This document shows positions 36,301-48,300 of a stretch of 64,000 nucleotides of DNA, piece after piece. Made by a program: the position numbers and the translations under genes. The stretch is taken from contig CDPCPM010000133.1 in the NCBI GenBank assembly GCA_976551045.1, positions 2,356,001-2,420,000 of the forward strand, read 5' to 3'. The DNA is from Glaucostegus cemiculus (Eukaryota). Within the stretch, counting starts at the first letter, position 1. Every line of letters begins with the position of its first letter. A model generated the notes under the pieces. The model worked only from the letters and a program-made list of their open reading frames with translations, was not told the DNA's origin and did no database searches.

Positions 36301-39300
36301 TGATTCCTGCGATGTTGGCTGTGTTTCTGCTGAGGCCGGTGTTGTTGATGATGCTTTTCTTCTTTTGGGTGTTTGTGATGAATTTTGTGTTGTGGCTGTT
36401 TCTTCTGTTTTGCTCGGATATGTTGCTGATGGTGTCTCAATTACTGCTGAGGTTGGTGTTGCTGAATGTGTTTCTGATGGCAATATCTCTTCAGTGGAGG
36501 CCTTTGTTGTCTTTGGATGTGCCGAGGTAGAAGGTTCCTGGGTGCGATGTGATTCAGTTGAGGAAACGGTGGTTGATGACTCTTCTGTTGTTGGATGTGA
36601 TTCAGATGAAGACTCGGTGGTAGGTGTGACTTGCGTTGACTCAGAGTAGATTGACGCTGAGCTCTCAGTCACGAAAGGCAAAGTTGTTGCTGTTACATGT
36701 GTTTCTGATGGGGACATACTTTCTGAGATAACTTTTGATGTGCTTGGATGGGTTTGTGTTGAGTGCTCTGTTCTTGCTGATTCATGTGTTGTGGGATGTG
36801 TTTCTGAGGAGGATGTTGTGGATGTAGACATCTCCGATATTGGATGGGTTTGCGATGACGGTTCAGTTGCCACTGATGATTCTGTTGATGGTGAATTTGT
36901 TTCTGATGTCAGTCGAGTAATCAGTGAAAATGATGAGGAGGTGAGGTGCGATTCAGCTGGAGACACAGTTGCTGATGAAGCTTGTGTTGAGCTTTGATGG
37001 AGTTGCGTTGAATGTTCTGTACTGGATGATTCCAGTGTTGTTGGATGTGTTTCTGATGAAGGCTTGCTTGTTGATGATATGTGCGTTGTTGGTTGATAGG
37101 TCTCTGCGGAGGACTGAGTTGCCACTGATAATGGTGTTGGCGTTAAATGTATTTCTGATGGGGAAACAGTCACTGATGAAACCTCTGTTGTGCTTGGATA
37201 GGTTTGTGTTGAAAGTGTTGTTCTTGGTGATTCCTGGGTTTTTGTAGGAGTTTCAGGAGAGGACCTGGTGATTGTAGATGCTTCTGTTGATGGATGTGTT
37301 TCTGATGAAGACGCGGTAATCGAAGATACTTCTGTTGTCAGATGGCTTTCTGATGATGATTCAGTTGTCGATGAAACTATCGATGATGTGGAGTATGTTT
37401 GTGTTGAAGACTCGAATACCGGCGTTGAAGTGGCTGCTGTTGAATGTGATTCTGATGGGGTTTCAGTCGTCTCTGAGGTCTGTGTTGTTAAGTGCGTTTC
37501 TGATGGCAACGTGGTTTCTGCGGTGGCTTGCGTTGACTTTGGATGTGCCGAGGTTAAAGGTTCCTGGGTAGTCGTTGCAGTTGAGGAGACGGTGGTTGAT
37601 GACTCTGTTGTTGTTGGGTGTGATACGGATGAATGTTCGGTGGCAGGTGTGACTTGCGTTGATTCAGAGAAGACTGCCGCTGAGCGCTCAGTTACCAAAG
37701 GTGATGTTGTTGCTGTTACATGGCTTTCTGACGGGGATACACTTTGTGAGGAAATTTGTGTTGTGCTTGGATAGGTTTGTGTTGACTGTACTGTTCTTGA
37801 TGATTCATGTGTTGTTGGATGTGTTTCTGAAGGCGACGTTGTGGTCGTAGATATCTCCGATATTGGATGGGTTTGTGATGAAGGTTCAGTTGTCACGGAA
37901 GCTTCTGTTGTTGGATGTGTTTGTGAGGAGGACGCGGTAATCGTAGATACTTCTGCTGTCGGATGGCTTTCTGATGATGATGATTCAATTTTTGACGAAA
38001 CTGCCGTTGATGTGGAGTATTTTTGTGTTGAGGACTCAGTCACCAGGGATCGAGTTACTGTTGATAAATGTGTTTCTGACGGCGACATAGTTTCGGACGA
38101 GGCTGCTTTTGTATTTGTGTGGGTTTGTGTTGGCAATTCTGTACTTGGTGATTCCTGCGATGTTGGCTGTGTTTCTGCTGAGGCCGGTGTTGTTGAGGAT
38201 GCTTGTCTTCCTTTGGGTGTTTGTGATGAATATTGTGTTGTGGATGTCTCTTCTGTTTTGCTTGGATGTGTTGCTGATGGTGTCTCAGTTACTGCTGAGG
38301 TTGGTGTTGCTGAATGTGTTTCTGATGGCAATATCTCTTCAGTGGATGCCTTTGTTGTCTTTGGGTGTGCCGAGGTAGAAGGTTCCTGGGTGCGATGTGT
38401 TTCAGTTGAGGAAACGGTGGTTGATGACTCTTCTGTTGTTGGATGTGATTCAGATGAAGACTCGGTGGTAGGTGTGACTTGCGTTGACTCAGAATAGATT
38501 GACGCTGAGCTCTCAGTCACGAAAGGCAAAGTTGTTGCTGTTACATGTGTTTCTGATGGGGACACACTTTCTGAGATAATTTTTGATGTGCTTGGATGGG
38601 TTTGTGTTGAGTGCTTTGTTCTTGCTGATTCATGTGTTGTGGGATGTGTTTCTGAGGAGGACGTTGTGGATGTAGATATCTCCGATATTGGATGGGTTTG
38701 CGAGGACGGTTCAGTTGCCACTGATGATTCTGTTGATGGTGAATTTGTTTCTGATGTCAGTCGAGTAATCAGTGAAAATGATGAGGAGGTGAGGTGCGAT
38801 TCAGCTGGAGACACAGTTGCTGATGAAGCTTGTGTTGAGCTTTGATGGAGTTGCGTTGAATGTGCTGTACTGGATGATTCCAGTGTTGTTGGATGTGTTT
38901 CTGATGAAGGCTTGCTTGTTGATGATATGTGCAATGTTGGTTGATAGGTCTCTGCGGAGGACTGAGTTGCCACTGTTAATGGTGTTGTCGTTAAATGTAT
39001 TTCTGATGGGGAAACAGTCACTGATGAAACCTCTGTTGTGCTTGGATAGGTTTGTGTTGAAAGTGTTGTTCTTGGTGATTCCTGGGTTTTTGTAGGAGTT
39101 TCAGGAGAGGACCTGGTGATTGTAGAAGCTTCTGTTGATGGATGTGTTTCTGATGAAGACGCGGTAATCGAAGATACTTCTGTTGTCAGATGGCTTTCTG
39201 ATGATGATTCAGTTGTCGATGAAACTATCGATGATGTGGAGTATGTTTGTGTTGAAGACTCGAACACTGGCGTTGAAGTGGCTGCTGTTGAATGTGATTC

Positions 39301-42300
39301 TGATGGGGTTTCAGTCGTCTCTGAGGTCTGTGTTGTTAAGTGCGTTTCTGATGGCAACGTGGTTTCTGCGGTGGCTTGCGTTGACTTTGGATGTGCCGAG
39401 GTTAAAGGTTCCTGGGTAGCAGTTGCAGTTGAGGAGACGGTGGTTGATGACTCTGTTGTTGTTGGGTGTGATACGGATGAATGTTCGGTGGTTGGTGTGA
39501 CTTGCGTTGATTCAGAGAAGACTGCCGCTGAGCGCTCAGTTACCAAAGGTGATGTTGTTGCTGTTACATGGCTTTCTGACGGGGATACACTTTGTGAGGA
39601 AATTTGTGTTGTGCTTGGATAGGTTTGTGTTGACTGTACTGTTCTTGATGATTCATGTGTTGTTGGATGTGTTTCTGAAGGCGACGTTGTGGTCGTAGAT
39701 ATCTCCGATATTGGATGGGTTTGTGATGAAGGTTCAGTTGTCACGGAAGCTTCTGTTGTTGGATGTGTCTGTGAGGAGGACGCGGTAATCGTAGATACTT
39801 CTGCTGTCGGATGGCTTTCTGATGATGATGATTCAATTTTTGACGAAACTGCCGTTGATGTGGAGTATTTTTGTGTTGAGGACTCAGTCACCAGGGATCG
39901 AGTTGCTGTTGATAAATGTGTTTCTGACGGCGACATAGTTTTGGACGAGGCTGCTTTTGTATTTGTGTGGGTTTGTGTTGGCAATTCTGTACTTGGTGAT
40001 TCCTGCGATGTTGGCTGTGTTTCTGCTGAGGCCGGTGTTGTTGATGATGCTTGTCTTCCTTTGGGTGTTTGTGATGAATATTGTGTTGTGGCTGTCTCTT
40101 CTGTTTTGCTTGGATGTGTTGCTGATGGTGTCTCAGTTACTGCTGAGGTTGGTGTTGCTGAATGTGTTTCTGATGGCAATATCTCTTCAGTGGAGGCCTT
40201 TGTTGTCTTTGGATGTGCCGAGGTAGAAGGTTCCTGGGTGCGATGTGTTTCAGTTGAGGAAACGGTGGTTGATGACTCTTCTGTTGTTGGATGTGATTCA
40301 GATGAAGACTCGGTGGTAGGTGTGACTTGCGTTGACTCAGAGTAGATTGACGCTGAGCTCTCAGTCACGAAAGGCAAAGTTGTTGCTGTTACATGTGTTT
40401 CTGATGGGGACATACTTTCTGAGATAACTTTTGATGTGCTTGGATGGGTTTGTGTTGAGTGCTCTGTTCTTGCTGATTCATGTGTTGTGGGATGTGTTTC
40501 TGAGGAGGATGTTGTGGATGTAGACATCTCCGATATTGGATGGGTTTGCGATGACGGTTCAGTTGCCACTGATGATTCTGTTGATGGTGAATTTGTTTCT
40601 GATGTCAGTCGAGTAATCAGTGAAAATGATGAGGAGGTGAGGTGCGATTCAGCTGGAGACACAGTTGCTGATGAAGCTTGTGTTGAGCTTTGATGGAGTT
40701 GCGTTGAATGTTCTGTACTGGATGATTCCAGTGTTGTTGGATGTGTTTCTGATGAAGGCTTGCTTGTTGATGATATGTGCGTTGTTGTTTGATAGGTCTC
40801 TGCGGAGGTCTGAGTTGCCACTGATAATGGTGTTGTCGTTAAATGTATTTCTGATGGGGAAACAGTCACTGATGAAACCTCTGTTGTGCTTGGATAGGTT
40901 TGTGTTGAAAGTGTTGTTCTTGGTGATTCCTGGGTTTTTGTAGGAGTTTCAGGAGAGGACCTGGTGATTGTAGATGCTTCTGTTGATGGATGTGTTTCTG
41001 ATGAAGACGCGGTAATCGAAGATACTTCTGTTGTCAGATGGCTTTCTGATGATGATTCAGTTGTCGATGAAACTATCGATAATGTGGAGTATGTTTGTGT
41101 TGAAGACTCGAACACTGGCGTTGAAGTGGCTGCTGTTGAATGTGATTCTGATGGGGTTTCAGTCGTCTCTGAGGTCTGTGTTGTTAAGTGCGTTTCTGAT
41201 GGCAACGTGGTTTCTGCGGTGGCTTGCGTTGACTTTGGATGTGCCGAGGTAAAAGGTTCCTGGGTAGCAGTTGCAGTTGAGGAGACGGTGGTTGATGACT
41301 CTGTTGTTGTTGGGTGTGATACGGATGAATGTTCGGTGGTAGGTGTGACTTGCGTTGATTCAGAGAAGACTGCCGCTGAGCGCTCAGTTACCAAAGGTGA
41401 TGTTGTTGCTGTTACATGGCTTTCTGACGGGGATACACTTTGTGAGGAAATTTGTGTTGTGCTTGGATAGGTTTGTGTTGACTGTACTGTTCTTGATGAT
41501 TCATGTGTTGTTGGATGTGTTTCTGAAGGCGACGTTGTGGTCGTAGATATCTCCGATATTGGATGGGTTTGTGATGAAGGTTCAGTTGTCACGGAAGCTT
41601 CTGTTGTTGGATGTGTCTGTGAGGAGGACGCGGTAATCGTAGATACTTCTGCTGTCGGATGGCTTTCTGATGATGATGATTCAATTTTTGACGAAACTGC
41701 CGTTGATGTGGAGTATTTTTGTGTTGAGGACTCAGTCACCAGGGATCGAGTTACTGTTGATAAATGTGTTTCTGACGGCGACATAGTTTCGGACGAGGCT
41801 GCTTTTGTATTTGTGTGGGTTTGTGTTGGCAATTCTGTACTTGGTGATTCCTGCGATGTTGGCTGTGTTTCTGCTGAGGCCGGTGTTGTTGATGATGCTT
41901 GTCTTCCTTTGGGTGTTTGTGATGAATATTGTGTTGTGGCTGTCTCTTCTGTTTTGCTTGGATGTGTTGCTGATGGTGTCTCAGTTACTGCTGAGGTTGG
42001 TGTTGCTGAATGTGTTTCTGATGGCAATATCTCTTCAGTGGAGGCCTTTGTTGTCTTTGGATGTGCCGAGGTAGAAGGTTCCTGGGTGCGATGTGTTTCA
42101 GTTGAGGAAACGGTGGTTGATGACTCTTCTGTTGTTGGATGTGATTCAGATGAAGACTCGGTGGTAGGTGTGACTTGCGTTGACTCAGAGTAGATTGACG
42201 CTGAGCTCTCAGTCACGAAAGGCAAAGTTGTTGCTGTTACATGTGTTTCTGATGGGGACATACTTTCTGAGATAACTTTTGATGTGCTTGGATGGGTTTG

Positions 42301-45300
42301 TGTTGAGTGCTCTGTTCTTGCTGATTCATGTGTTGTGGGATGTGTTTCTGAGGAGGATGTTGTGGATGTAGACATCTCCGATATTGGATGGGTTTGCGAT
42401 GACGGTTCAGTTGCCACTGATGATTCTGTTGATGGTGAATTTGTTTCTGATGTCAGTCGAGTAATCAGTGAAAATGATGAGGAGGTGAGGTGCGATTCAG
42501 CTGGAGACACAGTTGCTGATGAAGCTTGTGTTGAGCTTTGATGGAGTTGCGTTGAATGTTCTGTACTGGATGATTCCAGTGTTGTTGGATGTGTTTCTGA
42601 TGAAGGCTTGCTTGTTGATGATATGTGCGTTGTTGTTTGATAGGTCTCTGCGGAGGACTGAGTTGCCACTGATAATGGTGTTGTCGTTAAATGTATTTCT
42701 GATGGGGAAACAGTCACTGATGAAACCTCTGTTGTGCTTGGATAGGTTTGTGTTGAAAGTGTTGTTCTTGGTGATTCCTGGGTTTTTGTAGGAGTTTCAG
42801 GAGAGGACCTGGTGATTGTAGATGCTTCTGTTGATGGATGTGTTTCTGATGAAGACGCGGTAATCGAAGATACTTCTGTTGTCAGATGGCTTTCTGATGA
42901 TGATTCAGTTGTCGATGAAACTATCGATGATGTGGAGTATGTTTGTGTTGAAGACTCGAATACCGGCATTGAAGTGGCTGCTGTTGAATGTGATTCTGAT
43001 GGGGTTTCAGTCGTCTCTGAGGTCTGTGTTGTTAAGTGCGTTTCTGATGGCAAAGTGGTTTCTGCGGTGGCTTGCGTTGACTTTGGATGTGCCGAGGTTA
43101 AAGGTTCCTGGGTAGTCGTTGCAGTTGAGGAGACGGTGGTTGATGACTCTGTTGTTGTTGGGTGTGATACGGATGAATGTTCGGTGGCAGGTGTGACTTG
43201 CGTTGATTCAGAGAAGACTGCCGCTGAGCGCTCAGTTACCAAAGGTGATGTTGTTGCTGTTACATGGCTTTCTGACGGGGATACACTTTGTGAGGAAATT
43301 TGTGTTGTGCTTGGATAGGTTTGTGTTGACTGTACTGTTCTTGATGATTCATGTGTTGTTGGATGTGTTTCTGAAGGCGACGTTGTGGTCGTAGATATCT
43401 CCGATATTGGATGGGTTTGTGATGAAGGTTCAGTTGTCACGGAAGCTTCTGTTGTTGGATGTGTTTGTGAGGAGGACGCGGTAATCGTAGATACTTCTGC
43501 TGTCGGATGGCTTTCTGATGATGATGATTCAATTTTTGACGAAACTGCCGTTGATGTGGAGTATTTTTGTGTTGAGGACTCAGTCACCAGGGATCGAGTT
43601 GCTGTTGATAAATGTGTTTCTGACGGCGACATAGTTTCGGACGAGGCTGCTTTTGTATTTGTGTGGGTTTGTGTTGGCAATTCTGTACTTGGTGATTCCT
43701 GCGATGTTGGCTGTGTTTCTGCTGAGGCCGGTGTTGTTGAGGATGCTTGTCTTCCTTTGGGTGTTTGTGATGAATATTGTGTTGTGGATGTCTCTTCTGT
43801 TTTGCTTGGATGTGTTGCTGATGGTGTCTCAGTTACTGCTGAGGTTGGTGTTGCTGAATGTGTTTCTGATGGCAATATCTCTTCAGTGGAGGCCTTTGTT
43901 GTCTTTGGGTGTGCCGAGGTAGAAGGTTCCTGGGTGCAATGTGTTTCAGTTGAGGAAACGGTGGTTGATGACTCTTCTGTTGTTGGATGTGATTCAGATG
44001 AAGACTCGGTGGTAGGTGTGACTTGCGTTGACTCAGAATAGATTGACGCTGAGCTCTCAGTCACGAAAGGCAAAGTTGTTGCTGTTACATGTGTTTCTGA
44101 TGGGGACACACTTTCTGAGATAATTTTTGATGTGCTTGGATGGGTTTGTGTTGAGTGCTTTGTTCTTGCTGATTCATGTGTTGTGGGATGTGTTTCTGAG
44201 GAGGACGTTGTGGATGTAGATATCTCCGATATTGGATGGGTTTGCGATGACGGTTCAGTTGCCACTGATGATTCTGTTGATAGTGAATTTGTTTCTGATG
44301 TCAGTCGAGTAATCAGTGAAAATGATGAGGAGGTGAGGTGCGATTCAGCTGGAGACACAGTTGCTGATGAAGCTTGTGTTGAGCTTTGATGGAGTTGCGT
44401 TGAATGTGCTGTACTGGATGATTCCAGTGTTGTTGGATGTGTTTCTGATGAAGGCTTGCTTGTTGATGATATGTGCAATGTTGGTTGATAGGTCTCTGCG
44501 GAGGACTGAGTTGCCACTGTTAATGGTGTTGTCGTTAAATGTATTTCTGATGGGGAAACAGTCACTGATGAAACCTCTGTTGTGCTTGGATAGGTTTGTG
44601 TTGAAAGTGTTGTTCTTGGTGATTCCTGGGTTTTTGTAGGAGTTTCAGGAGAGGACCTGGTGATTGTAGAAGCTTCTGTTGATGGATGTGTTTCTGATGA
44701 AGACGCGGTAATCGAAGATACTTCTGTTGTCAGATGGCTTTCTGATGATGATTCAGTTGTCGATGAAACTATCGATAATGTGGAGTATGTTTGTGTTGAA
44801 GACTCGAACACTGGCGTTGAAGTGGCTGCTGTTGAATGTGATTCTGATGGGGTTTCAGTCGTCTCTGAGGTCTGTGTTGTTAAGTGCGTTTCTGATGGCA
44901 ACGTGGTTTCTGCGGTGGCTTGCGTTGACTTTGGATGTGCCGAGGTAAAAGGTTCCTGGGTAGCAGTTGCAGTTGAGGAGACGGTGGTTGATGACTCTGT
45001 TGTTGTTGGGTGTGATACGGATGAATGTTCGGTGGTAGGTGTGACTTGCGTTGATTCAGAGAAGACTGCCGCTGAGCGCTCAGTTACCAAAGGTGATGTT
45101 GTTGCTGTTACATGGCTTTCTGACGGGGATACACTTTGTGAGGAAATTTGTGTTGTGCTTGGATAGGTTTGTGTTGACTGTACTGTTCTTGATGATTCAT
45201 GTGTTGTTGGATGTGTTTCTGAAGGCGACGTTGTGGTCGTAGATATCTCCGATATTGGATGGGTTTGTGATGAAGGTTCAGTTGTCACGGAAGCTTCTGT

Positions 45301-48300
45301 TGTTGGATGTGTCTGTGAGGAGGACGCGGTAATCGTAGATACTTCTGCTGTCGGATGGCTTTCTGATGATGATGATTCAATTTTTGACGAAACTGCCGTT
45401 GATGTGGAGTATTTTTGTGTTGAGGACTCAGTCACCAGGGATCGAGTTGCTGTTGATAAATGTGTTTCTGACGGCGACATAGTTTCGGACGAGGCTGCTT
45501 TTGTATTTGTGTGGGTTTGTGTTGGCAATTCTGTACTTGGTGATTCCTGCGATGTTGGCTGTGTTTCTGCTGAGGCCGGTGTTGTTGATGATGCTTGTCT
45601 TCCTTTTGGTGTTTGTGATGAATATTGTGTTGTGGCTGTCTCTTCTGTTTTGCTTGGATGTGTTGCTGATGGTGTCTCAGTTACTGCTGAGGTTGGTGTT
45701 GCTGAATGTGTTTCTGATGGCAATATCTCTTCAGTGGAGGCCTTTGTTGTCTTTGGATGTGCCGAGGTAGAAGGTTCCTGGGTGCGATGTGTTTCAGTTG
45801 AGGAAACGGTGGTTGATGACTCTTCTGTTGTTGGATGTGATTCAGATGAAGACTCGGTGGTAGGTGTGACTTGCGTTGACTCAGAGTAGATTGACGCTGA
45901 GCTCTCAGTCACGAAAGGCAAAGTTGTTGCTGTTACATGTGTTTCTGATGGGGACATACTTTCTGAGATAACTTTTGATGTGCTTGGATGGGTTTGTGTT
46001 GAGTGCTCTGTTCTTGCTGATTCATGTGTTGTGGGATGTGTTTCTGAGGAGGATGTTGTGGATGTAGACATCTCCGATATTGGATGGGTTTGCGATGACG
46101 GTTCAGTTGCCACTGATGATTCTGTTGATGGTGAATTTGTTTCTGATGTCAGTCGAGTAATCAGTGAAAATGATGAGGAGGTGAGGTGCGATTCAGCTGG
46201 AGACACAGTTGCTGATGAAGCTTGTGTTGAGCTTTGATGGAGTTGCGTTGAATGTTCTGTACTGGATGATTCCAGTGTTGTTGGATGTGTTTCTGATGAA
46301 GGCTTGCTTGTTGATGATATGTGCGTTGTTGTTTGATAGGTCTCTGCGGAGGACTGAGTTGCCACTGATAATGGTGTTGTCGTTAAATGTATTTCTGATG
46401 GGGAAACAGTCACTGATGAAACCTCTGTTGTGCTTGGATAGGTTTGTGTTGAAAGTGTTGTTCTTGGTGATTCCTGGGTTTTTGTAGGAGTTTCAGAAGA
46501 GGACCTGGTGATTGTAGATGCTTCTGTTGATGGATGTGTTTCTGATGAAGACGCGGTAATCGAAGATACTTCTGTTGTCAGATGGCTTTCTGATGATGAT
46601 TCAGTTGTCGATGAAACTATCGATAATGTGGAGTATGTTTGTGTTGAAGACTCGAACACTGGCGTTGAAGTGGCTGCTGTTGAATGTGATTCTGATGGGG
46701 TTTCAGTCGTCTCTGAGGTCTGTGTTGTTAAGTGCGTTTCTGATGGCAACGTGGTTTCTGCGGTGGCTTGCGTTGACTTTGGATGTGCCGAGGTAAAAGG
46801 TTCCTGGGTAGCAGTTGCAGTTGAGGAGACGGTGGTTGATGACTCTGTTGTTGTTGGGTGTGATATGGATGAATGTTCGGTGGTAGGTGTGACTTGCGTT
46901 GATTCAGAGAAGACTGCCGCTGAGCGCTCAGTTACCAAAGATGATGTTGTTGCTGTTACATGGCTTTCTGACGGGGATACACTTTGTGAGGAAATTTGTG
47001 TTGTGCTTGGATAGGTTTGTGTTGACTGTACTGTTCTTGATGATTCATGTGTTGTTGGATGTGTTTCTGAAGGCGACGTTGTGGTCGTAGATATCTCCGA
47101 TATTGGATGGGTTTGTGATGAAGGTTCAGTTGTCACGGAAGCTTCTGTTGTTGGATGTGTTTGTGAGGAGGACGCGGTAATTGTAGATACTTCTGCTGTC
47201 GGATGGCTTTCTGATGATGATGATTCAATTTTTGACGAAACTGCCGTTGATGTGGAGTATTTTTGTGTTGAGGACTCAGTCACCAGGGATCGAGTTGCTG
47301 TTGATAAATGTGTTTCTGACGGCGACATAGTTTCGGACGAGGCTGCTTTTGTATTTGTGTGGGTTTGTGTTGGCAATTCTGTACTTGGTGATTCCTGCGA
47401 TGTTGGCTGTGTTTCTGCTGAGGCCGGTGTTGTTGATGATGCTTGTCTTCCTTTGGGTGTTTGTGATGAATATTGTGTTGTGGCTGTCTCTTCTGTTTTG
47501 CTTGGATGTGTTGCTGATGGTGTCTCAGTTACTGCTGAGGTTGGTGTTGCTGAATGTGTTTCTGATGGCAATATCTCTTCAGTGGAGGCCTTTGTTGTCT
47601 TTGGATGTGCCGAGGTAGAAGGTTCCTGGGTGCGATGTGTTTCAGTTGAGGAAACGGTGGTTGATGACTCTTCTGTTGTTGGATGTGATTCAGATGAAGA
47701 CTCGGTGGTAGGTGTGACTTGCGTTGACTCAGAGTAGATTGACGCTGAGCTCTCAGTCACGAAAGGCAAAGTTGTTGCTGTTACATGTGTTTCTGATGGG
47801 GACATACTTTCTGAGATAACTTTTGATGTGCTTGGATGGGTTTGTGTTGAGTGCTCTGTTCTTGCTGATTCATGTGTTGTGGGATGTGTTTCTGAGGAGG
47901 ATGTTGTGGATGTAGACATCTCCGATATTGGATGGGTTTGCGAGGACGGTTCAGTTGCCACTGATGATTCTGTTGATGGTGAATTTGTTTCTGATGTCAG
48001 TCGAGTAATCAGTGAAAATGATGAGGAGGTGAGGTGCGATTCAGCTGGAGACACAGTTGCTGATGAAGCTTGTGTTGAGCTTTGATGGAGTTGCGTTGAA
48101 TGTTCTGTACTGGATGATTCCAGTGTTGTTGGATGTGTTTCTGATGAAGGCTTGCTTGTTGATGATATGTGCGTTGTTGTTTGATAGGTCTCTGCGGAGG
48201 ACTGAGTTGCCACTGATAATGGTGTTGTCGTTAAATGTATTTCTGATGGGGAAACAGTCACTGATGAAACCTCTGTTGTGCTTGGATAGGTTTGTGTTGA

